DNA from: Gammaproteobacteria bacterium
GTDB taxonomy: Bacteria; Pseudomonadota; Gammaproteobacteria; Eutrophobiales; Eutrophobiaceae
DNA length: 64,000 bases
Direction: 5' to 3'
NCBI GenBank assembly: GCA_965221695.1
Contig: OZ244905.1
Span: 1,536,001-1,600,000 of the forward strand
The notes beneath the pieces are model-generated. The model saw nothing but the letters and a program-made list of their open reading frames with translations, did not search any database and was not told where the DNA came from. Within the stretch, counting starts at the first letter, position 1. Each line of letters opens with the position of its first letter. Positions 46,222 to 57,042 of this stretch are shown here, piece by piece. Position numbers and translations under genes: made by a program.

Positions 46222-47390
46222 CAGTTTTCTCCCCGGCTGACCGCGACCACTTTGTGCGCGGCATCGCTCAGCCCATCAGCGGAAATGATCTGCAGGCCGC
46301 TTTCGTCAAGCAGCGTCTTGCCCTCCTCGACCCGAGTGCCTTCCAGCCGCACCACAACAGGAATTTCCAGTCCGGCCTCCCTGACCGCGCTGATAATGCC
46401 CTCTGCAATCAGGTCACAACGGACTATGCCGCCAAAGATATTGACCAGGATCGCCTTGACTTTGGCGTCGGACATGATCAGTTTGAACGCCTCGGCCACG
46501 CGTTCCGTTGTCGCTCCGCCCCCCACATCCAGGAAATTGGCGGGTTCGCCGCCATGCAGTTTGATGATGTCCATGGTTGCCATGGCCAGGCCGGCGCCGT
46601 TCACCATGCAGGCGATGTCGCCGTCCAGCGCGACATAATTCAGGTCGAACGCCTTGGCCTTATTCTCTCTTGCATCTTCCTGACTGGGGTCGCGCCAGCT
46701 CTCCAGCTCCGACTGGCGGTACAGCGCGTTTTCATCAACGCTGACCTTCGCATCCAGCGCTTCCAGGTCCCCGTCCCCGGTGATCACCAGGGGGTTGATT
46801 TCAACCAGGCTCAGGTCCTTGTCGACGAACAGCTGGTACAGCCCCGACAGGATTTTAGCCAGTTGTTTGCCCTGGGTACCGTTCAGACCCAGGGAAATGG
46901 CCAGGGCGCGGCATTGGTATTGCTGCAGGCCCATTACCGGATCGACGGCAAAAGTGAAAATCTTTTCGGGTTCGGTGGCCGCCACCTCTTCAATATCGAC
47001 CCCGCCGGCGGCAGACGCCATCACCGCAATGCGGCGCTTACTCCTGTCCACCAGCATACCCAGGTACAGTTCAGAGGCTATATCCGACAAGGCTGAAACC
47101 AGCACGCAATTTACCGGTTTGCCTTCGGCCCCGGACTGTTTCGTGACCAGGATTGTGCCCAGCAGGTTATTCACATAATCCTCCAGCTCGTCCTTGCCTT
47201 TGACCAGCCTGACGCCACCGGCCTTGCCCCGCCCCCCGGCATGCACCTGGGCTTTTACCACCCAACTGTTGCCACCCAGTTCCGCCGCGGCGTCCAACGC
47301 ATCCCCGACGGAATGGGCGGGTTTTCCTTCGGGCACGGGAATGCCGTATTCCGATAATAGAATTTTTGCCTGGTATTCATGCAGATTCAT
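46221..47390 (-). CDS. sucC: Succinyl-CoA synthetase beta subunit
   Basis: [32 protein letters not shown] and NFLDVGG. Confidence 0.98.
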   Translation of the reverse strand: MNLHEYQAKILLSEYGIPVPEGKPAHSVGDALDAAAELGGNSWVVKAQVHAGGRGKAGGVRLVKGKDELEDYVNNLLGTILVTKQSGAEGKPVNCVLVSALSDIASELYLGMLVDRSKRRIAVMASAAGGVDIEEVAATEPEKIFTFAVDPVMGLQQYQCRALAISLGLNGTQGKQLAKILSGLYQLFVDKDLSLVEINPLVITGDGDLEALDAKVSVDENALYRQSELESWRDPSQEDARENKAKAFDLNYVALDGDIACMVNGAGLAMATMDIIKLHGGEPANFLDVGGGATTERVAEAFKLIMSDAKVKAILVNIFGGIVRCDLIAEGIISAVREAGLEIPVVVRLEGTRVEEGKTLLDESGLQIISADGLSDAAHKVVAVSRGEN

Positions 47391-47511
47391 TTCCTGAATT
47401 CTCCTGGTGTATTAAAATTAAGGAAAGTCTGAACAAGTTCATTCTGGACCTGTCAGAGCACGTAAAACAAAATTGTCCGCGTTGGGTGAGCCGATCCGGT
47501 ATCCTGAAAAA

Positions 47512-47736
47512 ATGTTACGTCTGCTGTTCATTATCCTGCTGCTGGTGTTGCTGTTAGCCCTGGTCCGGCGCTTCCTGCCGGGAAAGCCGGACACGCCGGA
47601 CGAACCGGACGAACCGCGCATCGCCAAAATGGTCCGGTGCGATTATTGCCGGATATATATCCCACAGACTTCTGCGATAAAACATGCCGAGCGTTATTAT
47701 TGCTGTGACGAGCACAAATCAATGGGTTCAGAGTGA
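47512..47736 (+). CDS. PP0621-family small membrane protein with Zn-binding motif
   Basis: N-terminal TM then MVRCDYC..YIP...YCCDEH. Confidence 0.75.
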   Translation: MLRLLFIILLLVLLLALVRRFLPGKPDTPDEPDEPRIAKMVRCDYCRIYIPQTSAIKHAERYYCCDEHKSMGSE

Positions 47737-47795
47737 GCGGTTGACGGTTACTCTGACACCGGGACTTACCAGTCACCGCAGCGCAGCATAGTCTA

Positions 47796-48572
47796 TCACT
47801 GGTTTTGGATGATCTCCATCAACAAGTCGTGGATCGGAGGATTGCCCGCGACGATGTTGCCGGATTCCAACCGGGTTTCACCGCTGTCCAGGTCGGTGGC
47901 GTAGCCTCCCGCCTCCCTGATCAGCAACGCGCCGGCGGCAATATCCCATAATTCCAGGCCGTATTCCCAGAACCCGTCCAAGCGTCCGGCGGCGACATAG
48001 GCAAGGTCCAGCGATGCCGAGCCTGGCCGCCTGATGCCGGCCGTGACCTTGGTTAACTGCCTGAATGTATCGAGGTAGGTATCGAGACAATCCAGCGACC
48101 GAAACGGGAAACCGGTGCCGATCAAAGCCCCCTCCAGCGATTCCCTGTGGGAAACCCGGATACGCCGATCATCGAGGTACGCGCCATCGCCCCGGCTTGC
48201 GGTGAACAGCTCCTGGCGCAACGGGTCGTAAACTATGCCCTGGTCGAGAACGCCCTTGTGTTCCAGCGCGACCGAGACCGCAAACTGGGGGAAGCCATGC
48301 AGGTAATTCGTGGTACCGTCAAGCGGGTCGATAATCCAGCGGTAGTCACTGTCGCCCTGCGCGCCGCTCTCCTCGCCCAGAATGGCATGGTCGGGATAGG
48401 ATTTTAGCAAGGCATCGATGATGATTCGTTCAGCGCGCCGATCGACTTCACTGACATAATCATTGCGGCTTTTCTCAGCGACCGTGATACCCTGCATCCG
48501 GTCCATACACTGGATGATAAAATCGCCCGCAGAACGGACCGCGCGGATTCCCATATTCATCATAGGGTGCAT
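47796..48572 (-). CDS. suhB: Inositol monophosphatase family protein SuhB
   Basis: WIIDPLDGTTNY, RRPGSASLD and WDIAAG; divergent from trmJ; start set at MHPM. Confidence 0.95.
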   Translation of the reverse strand: MHPMMNMGIRAVRSAGDFIIQCMDRMQGITVAEKSRNDYVSEVDRRAERIIIDALLKSYPDHAILGEESGAQGDSDYRWIIDPLDGTTNYLHGFPQFAVSVALEHKGVLDQGIVYDPLRQELFTASRGDGAYLDDRRIRVSHRESLEGALIGTGFPFRSLDCLDTYLDTFRQLTKVTAGIRRPGSASLDLAYVAAGRLDGFWEYGLELWDIAAGALLIREAGGYATDLDSGETRLESGNIVAGNPPIHDLLMEIIQNQ

Positions 48573-48639
48573 TTTTTTCTCCTGTAGATATACTCCGTAT
48601 TCGTTTTGATCGTTCAACCCGGTCGGAGAAGCTTATTAT

Positions 48640-49374
48640 ATGCTGGAACAGGTAAAAATTGTCCTGGTAAATACGACCCACCCGGGAAATATCGGCGCCA
48701 GCGCCAGGGCCATGAAAACCATGGGATTGGATCAGCTTGCGCTGGTGTGCCCGCAGCGCTTTCCCAGCGCGGAGTGCACGGCCAGGGCCGCGGGTGCGGA
48801 CGACATTCTAGCCGGCGCGCAACAGTATTCAAGCCTGGAACAGGCGGTTTCGAACTGCGGACTGGTGTTCGGGACCAGCGCCCGCAGCAGGAGCATTGCC
48901 TGGCCGGAGGTTACGCCCGAAACTGCCGCAGCACAGATTTTCGAGCATACCGGCGCCGCGCCCGGCGCAAACGCGGCGGTGCTGTTCGGGCGCGAGAGTT
49001 CCGGCTTGACCAACGAAGAACTGGAAATCTGCCATGCAATGATCCGCATACCCACCAATGCGGAGTTTGCGTCGTTGAATATTGCTTCTGCGGTACAGAT
49101 CATCTGCTATGAAATCAGCAAACTAAGTCTTGCCCGAACAACGGATGATATTGTGGATGACGAGTCCAAATCTGCGGCTACAGTTGGCGAGATGGAACAC
49201 TTCTATGCGCATTTCGAGCAGACCCTGGTCGAGATCGGCTATCTTGACCCGGCACGACCGCGCCGCCTGATGCGCCGCTTGAGACGTTTATTCAATCGCT
49301 CCCGACCCGACAGCAATGAATATAATATCCTGCGCGGCATACTGACCGCGATACAGGAGAAAATTAAGAATTGA
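48640..49374 (+). CDS. trmJ: tRNA C32/U32 2'-O-methyltransferase
   Basis: HPGNIGASARAMKTMG, FGRESSGLTNEEL and SLNIA. Confidence 0.94.
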   Translation: MLEQVKIVLVNTTHPGNIGASARAMKTMGLDQLALVCPQRFPSAECTARAAGADDILAGAQQYSSLEQAVSNCGLVFGTSARSRSIAWPEVTPETAAAQIFEHTGAAPGANAAVLFGRESSGLTNEELEICHAMIRIPTNAEFASLNIASAVQIICYEISKLSLARTTDDIVDDESKSAATVGEMEHFYAHFEQTLVEIGYLDPARPRRLMRRLRRLFNRSRPDSNEYNILRGILTAIQEKIKN

Positions 49375-49389
49375 GAATTAGGGAATAAG
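49362..49389 (+). repeat. Short degenerate heptamer tandem repeat
   Basis: AATTAAG-AATTGAG-AATTAGG-GAATAAG spanning the trmJ stop. Confidence 0.45.
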
Positions 49390-49425
49390 AACTACAATAA
49401 CGAAAACCTTGAGGAGAAGTTGATT

Positions 49426-50889
49426 ATGTCAAATATGGGCATACGGGATGCCAGGCGGCCTGCGGCCGATGCGTTGCTGCAGGATATCGCCGATTATGTA
49501 CTGGGCGGCGCGGCCGCCAGTGAAGAGGCGCGCAGCGCCGCGTTCTACTGCCTGCTGGATACGCTGGCCTGCGGCATGCTGGCCTTGAAGTTTCCGGCCT
49601 GCACGAAACTGCTGGGACCGGTGGTGCCCGGAGCGGAAATGCCGGACGGCGCGCGGGTACCGGGCACGAATTACCGGCTGGACCCGGTGCAGGCGGCGTT
49701 CAACATCGGCGCGATGGTGCGCTGGCTGGACTTCAATGACACCTGGCTGGCCGCCGAATGGGGCCACCCGTCCGACAATCTCGGCGGCATTCTTGCGGTC
49801 GCCGACTATCTCAGCCGGAAAAATGCCGCTGCCGGCCAGGAACCGCTGACCGTTGCAAACCTGCTTGACGGCATGATCCGCGCCCATGAGATCCAGGGTG
49901 TGCTGGCCCTGAAGAACAGTTTCAACGGCGTTGGCCTGGACCATGTTCTGCTGGTGCGCATCGCCAGCGCCGCGGTGGCCACGGCAATGCTCGGCGGCGA
50001 TCGCGACCAGGTCATCAATGCCGTATCCAATGCCTGGATCGACGGCGGCGCATTGCGCACATACCGCCATGCGCCGAATACCGGCTCGAGAAAAAGTTGG
50101 GCGGCGGGCGACGCGACCAGCCGCGCCGTGCGCCATGCATTGATCGCGCTGACCGGCGAGATGGGTTACCCTTCCGCGCTGAGTGCAGAGCACTGGGGCT
50201 TCCAGGATGTGCTGTTCGGCGGCAACGAAGTTGTCGCCGAACGCCCCTTCGGCTGTTACGTGATGGAAAATGTGCTGTTCAAGATTTCATTTCCGGCGGA
50301 GTTCCATGCCCAAACCGCAGTGGAAGCGGCGCTGGCGCTGCACAGCCAGGTGCGGGACCGGCTGGATGACATCGATAAGGTGGTTATGGAAACCCAGGAA
50401 GCCGGGGTACGCATTATCGATAAGACCGGCCCGCTCGATAACCCGGCGGACCGCGACCATTGCATTCAGTACATGACCGCGATTCCACTGATCTTCGGAC
50501 GCTTGCGTGCCGAGGATTACGAGGATGACGTCGCTGCCGACCCGCGTATTGACGCACTCAGGGATCGGATGCAGGTGACGGAGAACCGGCAGTTCACCAC
50601 CGACTACCATGACCCCGACAAGCGCGCCATCGGCAACTCGGTTCAGGTATTTTTCCGGGACGGGTCAGCGACCGAGAGGGTCGTGGTCGAATACCCCGTC
50701 GGCCACCGGCGCCGGCGTAGCGAGGGTATTCCGCTGCTATTGGATAAATTCAACGACGCGGTGGCCGGTCACTTCTCTGCTGCCCGAAAAGACGCCATCC
50801 TGGCAGCCTGCGCCGACCGGCACGCGCTTGAGCAGATGCCTGTTAACGTCTTCTCGGACCTGTGGGCCGGCGGAGGAGAAGAAGCTTGA
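49426..50889 (+). CDS. prpD: 2-methylcitrate dehydratase
   Basis: [38 protein letters not shown] and [13 protein letters not shown]; GAGGAG upstream. Confidence 0.96.
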   Translation: MSNMGIRDARRPAADALLQDIADYVLGGAAASEEARSAAFYCLLDTLACGMLALKFPACTKLLGPVVPGAEMPDGARVPGTNYRLDPVQAAFNIGAMVRWLDFNDTWLAAEWGHPSDNLGGILAVADYLSRKNAAAGQEPLTVANLLDGMIRAHEIQGVLALKNSFNGVGLDHVLLVRIASAAVATAMLGGDRDQVINAVSNAWIDGGALRTYRHAPNTGSRKSWAAGDATSRAVRHALIALTGEMGYPSALSAEHWGFQDVLFGGNEVVAERPFGCYVMENVLFKISFPAEFHAQTAVEAALALHSQVRDRLDDIDKVVMETQEAGVRIIDKTGPLDNPADRDHCIQYMTAIPLIFGRLRAEDYEDDVAADPRIDALRDRMQVTENRQFTTDYHDPDKRAIGNSVQVFFRDGSATERVVVEYPVGHRRRRSEGIPLLLDKFNDAVAGHFSAARKDAILAACADRHALEQMPVNVFSDLWAGGGEEA

Positions 50890-53549
50890 CCGGCCGGCAG
50901 AACCGCGTTAAGAGTACGTACTACTTCGGCAACCAGTTGTCCGAGGGCAGCAGGAAAGACAGGAACCTGCTCGGCGGTAAAGGCGCGAACCTGGCCGAGA
51001 TGACCAGTATCGGCCTCCCCGTTCCGCCCGGGTTTACCATCACCACCACGACCTGCGCCGAGTATTACCAGAATGGGGGTAAGCTCCCGAAGGGGCTGCA
51101 AAGCAGCATCAAACTGAATATGAGCCGGCTTGAGAAGGAAACCGGCAAACGCTTCGGGGATGACGACAACCCCTTGTTGGTGTCCGTCAGGAGCGGCGCC
51201 GCGGTGAGCATGCCGGGGATGCTGGACACGATCCTGAACCTGGGCCTGACGGACCGGTCGGTCGCCGGTCTTGGCCGGCAGACGGACAACCGGCGCTTCG
51301 CACTGGACGCGTACCGGCGCTTGATCAATATGTTCGGCAACGTGGTCATGGGCATCGACCATGAACATTTCGAGGCAGTTTTCACCGATATCAAGCAACA
51401 GCACGGCGTCACCGAAGATGCCGACCTGAAGGAGGAGGGCCTGGAGAAGCTGATAGCCTGTTACAAGAACGTCTACCGGCAGCACGGTGGCGAGGAGTTC
51501 CCCCAGGCGCCGCATGAACAACTGGAGAAGGCCGTCGAGGCCGTATTCCGAAGCTGGAACACTCCGCGGGCGCAGGCCTATCGCAAGATAAACAACATCC
51601 GCGGACTGATTGGCACCGCGGCCAATATCCAGTCCATGGTATTCGGCAACATGGGCAATGATTCGGGCACGGGCGTTGCGTTCACCCGTGACCCCACCAC
51701 CGGCAAAAACGAGTTTTACGGCGAATTTCTGGTCAATGCCCAGGGTGAGGATGTGGTGGCAGGCATACGCACGCCGCAGCCGGTCGCCGGGATGAAAAAA
51801 TGGCGCCCGGAAATCTATGAGCAACTGCTGCGGGTGAAACAGCTCCTGGAGACCCACTATAAGGATATGCAGGATATCGAGTTCACTATCGAAAAAAGCG
51901 TGCTCTACATGCTGCAGACCCGTACCGGGAAACGCACCGGCGCGGCGGCGATAAAAATTGCGGTGGATATGGTCAAGGAGAACCTGATCAGCCGCAAAGA
52001 CGCGTTGTTGCGCGTGCCCGCGAATGACCTGAACCAGGTGTTGCTGCCCTCGTTCGACCAGAAGGCAAAACGGGAAGCGCTGACCACAGGGCTGCCGGCA
52101 TCCCCTGGGGCCGCGTCGGGTTATCCTGTGTTCACGGCCGACGAGGCGGTGGAAAAGAGTGAGAGTGGCTTGCCGGTGATACTCGTGCGGCGGGAAACCA
52201 GCCCCGAGGATATTCATGGCATGCATGTCGCGGAAGCCATCCTGACATCCACGGGCGGCTCCACCAGCCACGCCGCGGTGGTGGCCCGGGGCTGGGGCAA
52301 ATGCTGCGTGACCGGCGCCAGCGAACTGATCATCGACAACAAGCGCAAAACCCTGACCATCAGGGACAGGTTAATCACCCAAGAGGACATGATCAGTATC
52401 GACGGCAGTAACGGCGAAGTCATGCTGGGCAACGTACCCAAACAACCGCCGGTGTTCACGCCTGAATTCAAAACGATCATGACCTGGGCCGACGAAACAC
52501 GCAAACTGGTAATTCGAACCAATGCCGATACGCCGATGGATGCGGCCGCAGCGTTGGAGTTCGGCGCTGAAGGCATCGGGCTCTGCCGTACCGAGCACAT
52601 GTTCTTCGGCGAAGACCGCATTGCCGCAATGCGTGAAATGATCCTCGCCGATAATGAGGCCGCGCGGCGCAAAGCGTTGAAGAAACTGTTGCCGTTCCAG
52701 CGCCGAGACTTCGAAGGGATCTTCAGCGCGATGCGCGGCCTGCCGGTGACGATACGGTTGTTGGACCCGCCGCTGCATGAATTCCTTCCGGAAGACGTAA
52801 AACAGCAACGCCGGCTTGCGCGCAGCATGAAGGTCAGCGCCGAGAAGGTCATGCACCGGGTCAACCAGTTGCATGAGGTCAATCCGATGCTGGGCCACAG
52901 GGGGTGCCGATTGACAGTGACCTATCCGGAAATACTGGAGATGCAGGTAACCGCGATCGTCGAGGCGACGATAAACTGCCGGAGGAAACGTATCAACGCA
53001 AAGCCGGAGATTATGATCCCGCTGGTCGGACTCGAAAGTGAGCTGTCCATGCTCAGGGAAAAGGTGGACCAGGTTATCAGCGATGTAGTGCACAGGAAAA
53101 AGTTCACCGGCAAAATGGATATCCTCATAGGCACCATGATCGAGGTTCCCAGGGCCGCCATCACTGCGGACGCTATCGCGTTGCACGCCGATTTCTTCAG
53201 TTTCGGCACCAACGACCTGACCCAGATGACCCTGGGCTACAGCAGGGACGATATCGGTAGTTTCATGCCCGAATACCTGGAAAAGAACCTGTTGGAAGAA
53301 AACCCGTTCCAGAGCATTGACGTCACCGGCGTGGGCCAGCTCGTGGAACAGGCGGTACATCGGGGCAGGTCAGTCAAACGGGAACTGAAATGCGGCATCT
53401 GCGGCGAGCATGGAGGCGACCCGGAATCGATCAACTTTTTCCAGTCAGTGCAACTGGACTATATTTCCTGCTCACCGTTCCGAGTCCCCATCGCGCGCCT
53501 GGCCGCGGCCCAGGCCGCGCTGCGGAATCAACTGGAATTGTTCAGCTAG
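50886..53549 (+). CDS. ppdK: Pyruvate, phosphate dikinase
   Basis: [26 protein letters not shown] phospho-His, [15 protein letters not shown] and CGEHGG; likely TTG start overlapping the prpD stop. Confidence 0.96.
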   Translation: MTGRQNRVKSTYYFGNQLSEGSRKDRNLLGGKGANLAEMTSIGLPVPPGFTITTTTCAEYYQNGGKLPKGLQSSIKLNMSRLEKETGKRFGDDDNPLLVSVRSGAAVSMPGMLDTILNLGLTDRSVAGLGRQTDNRRFALDAYRRLINMFGNVVMGIDHEHFEAVFTDIKQQHGVTEDADLKEEGLEKLIACYKNVYRQHGGEEFPQAPHEQLEKAVEAVFRSWNTPRAQAYRKINNIRGLIGTAANIQSMVFGNMGNDSGTGVAFTRDPTTGKNEFYGEFLVNAQGEDVVAGIRTPQPVAGMKKWRPEIYEQLLRVKQLLETHYKDMQDIEFTIEKSVLYMLQTRTGKRTGAAAIKIAVDMVKENLISRKDALLRVPANDLNQVLLPSFDQKAKREALTTGLPASPGAASGYPVFTADEAVEKSESGLPVILVRRETSPEDIHGMHVAEAILTSTGGSTSHAAVVARGWGKCCVTGASELIIDNKRKTLTIRDRLITQEDMISIDGSNGEVMLGNVPKQPPVFTPEFKTIMTWADETRKLVIRTNADTPMDAAAALEFGAEGIGLCRTEHMFFGEDRIAAMREMILADNEAARRKALKKLLPFQRRDFEGIFSAMRGLPVTIRLLDPPLHEFLPEDVKQQRRLARSMKVSAEKVMHRVNQLHEVNPMLGHRGCRLTVTYPEILEMQVTAIVEATINCRRKRINAKPEIMIPLVGLESELSMLREKVDQVISDVVHRKKFTGKMDILIGTMIEVPRAAITADAIALHADFFSFGTNDLTQMTLGYSRDDIGSFMPEYLEKNLLEENPFQSIDVTGVGQLVEQAVHRGRSVKRELKCGICGEHGGDPESINFFQSVQLDYISCSPFRVPIARLAAAQAALRNQLELFS

Positions 53550-53569
53550 GAACTTCTGATACATCAGGT

Positions 53570-53643
53570 TGGAGCGGGTGATGGGAATCGAACCCACGTT
53601 CTCAGCTTGGGAAGCTGATGTTCTGCCATTGAACTACACCCGC
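53570..53643 (-). tRNA. tRNA-Gly(CCC)
   Basis: Reverse complement GCGGGTGTAGTTCAATGGCAGAACATCAGCTTCCCAAGCTGAGAACGTGGGTTCGATTCCCATCACCCGCTCCA; 74 nt with encoded CCA. Confidence 0.97.
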
Positions 53644-53657
53644 ACAGGAATTTTTAT

Positions 53658-53808
53658 ATTAACATGGATGCACAGTATGGACAGGATTAACAATGTTTTT
53701 GCCACATGTTTTGCCACAGAGCACACAGAGGAATTATAGTTGTATAATTTAATGCGCAAATTATGCGGACACACTAATATCCTGTAAATCCTGTACATAC
53801 ATGTTAAT
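53658..53808. repeat. 151-bp element with 30-bp terminal inverted repeats (copy 2)
   Basis: ATTAACATGGATGCACAGTATGGACAGGAT (53658-53687) and ATCCTGTAAATCCTGTACATACATGTTAAT (53779-53808) are 25/30 complementary; same TIR family as 2297-2447. Confidence 0.85.
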
Positions 53809-53819
53809 TTATCAGGCTC

Positions 53820-54017
53820 ATGAATATAGTTGTTAATGGTGAACAAACTTCGCTGGCGGACGTGGCAACGGTATCCGACCTGATTGCCGCGCTGGACATT
53901 GAAGGCAACGTCGCGGTGGAGATAAACAGGGAGATAGTCTCCCGTAGTACCTTTGAGTACCATCAGCTTGCTGATGGCGATGAAATTGAGATAGTCACTG
54001 CAATCGGTGGTGGCTGA
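53820..54017 (+). CDS. thiS: Sulfur carrier protein ThiS
   Basis: IVVNGE, VAVEIN.EIV and C-terminal IGGG. Confidence 0.95.
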   Translation: MNIVVNGEQTSLADVATVSDLIAALDIEGNVAVEINREIVSRSTFEYHQLADGDEIEIVTAIGGG

Positions 54018-54027
54018 GGTAACCTGA

Positions 54028-54855
54028 TTGAATAACCCTGCATCCTCTGCGCTCTCCGTGGCTGAACAACCTGGCGAAGACACTTTCAACATTGCCGGTA
54101 AGGTCTACTCATCGCGCCTGCTGGTCGGCACGGGCAAATACAAGGACCTGGAGGAGACCGGCAAGGCCATTGCAACCAGCGGGGCGGAAATCGTCACGGT
54201 GGCGATCCGCCGCACTAATATCGGCCAGGCAAAAGACGAACCCAACCTGCTCGACTACGTCAGCCCGGATGAATACACCATTCTGCCCAACACCGCAGGC
54301 TGCTTCGACGCCGATTCGGCGCTGCGCACCTGCCGTCTGGCGCGCGAACTGCTCGGCGGCCAAGACCTGGTGAAACTGGAAGTGCTGGGAGATAAAAAGA
54401 CCCTGTTCCCGGATATCCCGGCAACCCTTGAGGCCGCAGAGATACTCGTAAAAGAAGATTTCAAGGTCATGGTGTACACCAACGATGACCCGATCATCGC
54501 GCTGCGCTTCGAGGAAATGGGCTGTATCGCGGTAATGCCGCTGGCCGCGCCCATCGGTTCCGGGCTGGGGATACGCAATCCTTACAATATTCGGACCATC
54601 GTTGAGAACGCCGGTGTGCCTATCCTGGTGGACGCAGGCGTCGGCACCGCTTCGGACGCGGCAATTGCGATGGAATTGGGCTGCGACGGCGTGCTGATGA
54701 ACACGGCCATCGCGGAAGCGAAAAATCCGGTACTCATGGCATCGGCAATGAAAAAAGCCGTGGAGGCGGGCCGGGAGGCCTACCTTGCCGGGCGCATGCC
54801 GAGACGGGCATACGCCAGCGCGTCATCGCCGATTGATGGAACTTTTTTCAGCTAA
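54028..54855 (+). CDS. thiG: Thiazole synthase
   Basis: [32 protein letters not shown] and DAGVG. Confidence 0.97.
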   Translation: MNNPASSALSVAEQPGEDTFNIAGKVYSSRLLVGTGKYKDLEETGKAIATSGAEIVTVAIRRTNIGQAKDEPNLLDYVSPDEYTILPNTAGCFDADSALRTCRLARELLGGQDLVKLEVLGDKKTLFPDIPATLEAAEILVKEDFKVMVYTNDDPIIALRFEEMGCIAVMPLAAPIGSGLGIRNPYNIRTIVENAGVPILVDAGVGTASDAAIAMELGCDGVLMNTAIAEAKNPVLMASAMKKAVEAGREAYLAGRMPRRAYASASSPIDGTFFS

Positions 54856-54970
54856 CTCCTGGCGCCCGTCAACACGCCGCGGCAAAGGATATGCCGCCCT
54901 TCATCAAATACTGGAATGCGCCTGTCCGGGTATGCCTGAAATCAGCGCTTCTGCAAAGGAGTTATAAACC

Positions 54971-55651
54971 ATGTCCGGGAAACGCTCTGTCAGAAGTTAT
55001 GTATTGAGACAGGGTCGGCTGACAAAGGCGCAGGCCCGCGCTATCGACAAGCATTGGGCTGAATTTGGCGTCGACTACCGGGACGAAACCCTGGACCTTA
55101 ATGAATTGTTCGGACGGGATGCGCCTCGGATACTGGATATAGGCCCGGGCATGGGCGAGACAACCCTCGAACTGGCAAGCAGGAATCCCGAAAACGATTA
55201 CTTAGCGGTCGAGGTGCACCGCCCCGGTATCGGCCGCCTGCTATACGGTATAGCTGAACATCGACTGAGCAATATCCGGGTGATCAACCATGACGCGGTC
55301 GATGTGGTAAACCGGCAGTTACCAGAACATTCACTGACTTCCATCTACATCCATTTCCCGGATCCCTGGCCCAAGAAACGTCACCATAAACGGCGCCTGG
55401 CACAGCCGGGCTTCATCAACAGGCTGACGGCGCTGATGAAAAGCGAGGGGCAGTTATACCTAGCCACCGATTCTGAGGACCTGGCCGAACATATGCTGTT
55501 GGTATGTGACGCTGAACCCGGCCTGGTCAACCAGGCAGGACGCGGCAATTTCGCACCGCGGCCCCAATGGCGGCCACTAACAAAGTTCGAACAACGGGCA
55601 TTGGATTTGGACCACCAGGTACGGGAACTTATATATTGTCGGCGAACCTGA
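54971..55651 (+). CDS. trmB: tRNA m7G46 methyltransferase
   Basis: RSYVLRQGR, EVHRPG, FPDPWPKKRHHKRRL, ATD and TKFE. Confidence 0.96.
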   Translation: MSGKRSVRSYVLRQGRLTKAQARAIDKHWAEFGVDYRDETLDLNELFGRDAPRILDIGPGMGETTLELASRNPENDYLAVEVHRPGIGRLLYGIAEHRLSNIRVINHDAVDVVNRQLPEHSLTSIYIHFPDPWPKKRHHKRRLAQPGFINRLTALMKSEGQLYLATDSEDLAEHMLLVCDAEPGLVNQAGRGNFAPRPQWRPLTKFEQRALDLDHQVRELIYCRRT

Positions 55652-55674
55652 TAAGATGGACTTCAATTGCTGAC

Positions 55675-56466
55675 ATGTCAGATTTAACTCAAACCGCAAC
55701 AGACATCGCCAGGGAAGCCGCGGAGAAAATCATGGGGGTCTACGAGACGGATTTTGAGGTCCGGAGCAAGACCGACCGAACTCCACTCACCCAGGCCGAC
55801 ATGTCCTCTCACGATGTAATTTGCAGCAGACTGACGCGGCTCACGCCGGATATTCCCGTACTGTCGGAAGAATCCGCACATATTCCCTATTCAACAAGAA
55901 AAACCTGGAACCAATACTGGCTTGTCGACCCATTGGACGGCACCCGCGAGTTCATCAAGCGCAATGGCGAATTTACCGTGAACATTGCCTTGATCCGGAA
56001 CAATTATCCCGTGTTGGGCGTGATTTACGCGCCAGTGATGGACCTTTGCTATTACGCCGCACAAAACGAGGGCGCCTACAAGCAGGGCGATGGCGGCAAC
56101 GCAGACCTCAAACTCAAGGCAAAGACCAGCCATGCCGACGCGCTGGTCGTCGCCGGGAGCCGCTCCCATGGCAACAAAAGGCAACAAGCGTTCGTCAGCA
56201 AAATGGGCGACCAGGTTGAATACATTGCGATAGGCAGCTCCCTGAAATTCTGTCTCGTGGCCGAAGGCGTTGCTGACATCTACGCGCGCTTCGGACCTAC
56301 TTGCGAGTGGGACAGCGCCGCTGGCCAGTGCATCCTCGAAGAAGCAGGCGGCAGGGTAACCGACACCGATTTCACCCGCCTGCGCTACAACGCCAAGGAG
56401 TCCTTGCTCAATCCTGATTTCCTGGCCTTTGCTGATCCTGCATTCGAGTGGAAAAGCTGTTTGTGA
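55675..56466 (+). CDS. cysQ: 3'(2'),5'-bisphosphate nucleotidase
   Basis: PLTQAD, LSEE, WLVDPLDGTREF, SRSH, GSSLKFC and EWDSAAG; start set at ATG 55675. Confidence 0.95.
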   Translation: MSDLTQTATDIAREAAEKIMGVYETDFEVRSKTDRTPLTQADMSSHDVICSRLTRLTPDIPVLSEESAHIPYSTRKTWNQYWLVDPLDGTREFIKRNGEFTVNIALIRNNYPVLGVIYAPVMDLCYYAAQNEGAYKQGDGGNADLKLKAKTSHADALVVAGSRSHGNKRQQAFVSKMGDQVEYIAIGSSLKFCLVAEGVADIYARFGPTCEWDSAAGQCILEEAGGRVTDTDFTRLRYNAKESLLNPDFLAFADPAFEWKSCL

Positions 56467-56502
56467 TTAGGATAAATCTTACGAATCTAACGGTCGTTTC
56501 CT

Positions 56503-56754
56503 ATGAAACTTGAGTTCACCAAGCATGCAACACGCGTGCTGGCAGAGCGGACAATCCCTCGCATATGGGTGGAACGAACTGTCCGTGAACCGGAACTTCG
56601 ACAACAGGACCCGAATGATCCACTTGTAGAGCGCTTTTACCGTCGCATCCCCGAAAATGGCGGTCGTGTCTTGCGGGTAGCTGTAAACACTAAGGTTGCG
56701 CCGTGGCGGGTGGTAAGTGTATTCTTTGATAGAAGCAAGCGAGAAAAATTATGA
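56503..56754 (+). CDS. DUF4258-like protein, putative toxin
   Basis: FTKHA...ER.I...WVE..V..P, GRVLRVAV and VVSVFFDR pattern; coupled to a DUF2283-like gene. Confidence 0.75.
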   Translation: MKLEFTKHATRVLAERTIPRIWVERTVREPELRQQDPNDPLVERFYRRIPENGGRVLRVAVNTKVAPWRVVSVFFDRSKREKL

Positions 56755-56951
56755 AACTGCATGTCGATAAAGAAGCTGATGCGCTCTACCTGCGTTTGGA
56801 TAATTCAAAAATTGTCGATTCAGAGGAAGTCTCACCGGGAGTCGTTCTCGACTATAATGAAGCCAACGAACTCGTAGGGGTAGAGATGTTGAACCTTTCC
56901 AGACGCTCCTCAAGCATCAAGTGGTCTTCCCTTGAATTTGAAACCTCGTAG
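56751..56951 (+). CDS. DUF2283-like protein, putative antitoxin
   Basis: DKEADALYLRL...SEEV.PGVVLDY....LVGVE; acidic; ATGA overlap with the upstream gene. Confidence 0.8.
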   Translation: MKLHVDKEADALYLRLDNSKIVDSEEVSPGVVLDYNEANELVGVEMLNLSRRSSSIKWSSLEFETS

Positions 56952-57042
56952 AGCGGCTTTGAAGAACAGACCGAATCGCTACCCGACGATCCTCACCGCA
57001 TGATCTTGGACGAATCAACCTCAATGGTCTAAAGTTACTGGC

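Noticed and set aside
50769-52271. 500-aa ORF antisense to ppdK (similar shadows lie opposite clpB, murB and nadE)
   Set aside because: Antisense frame expected from codon bias; fully overlaps a confident gene
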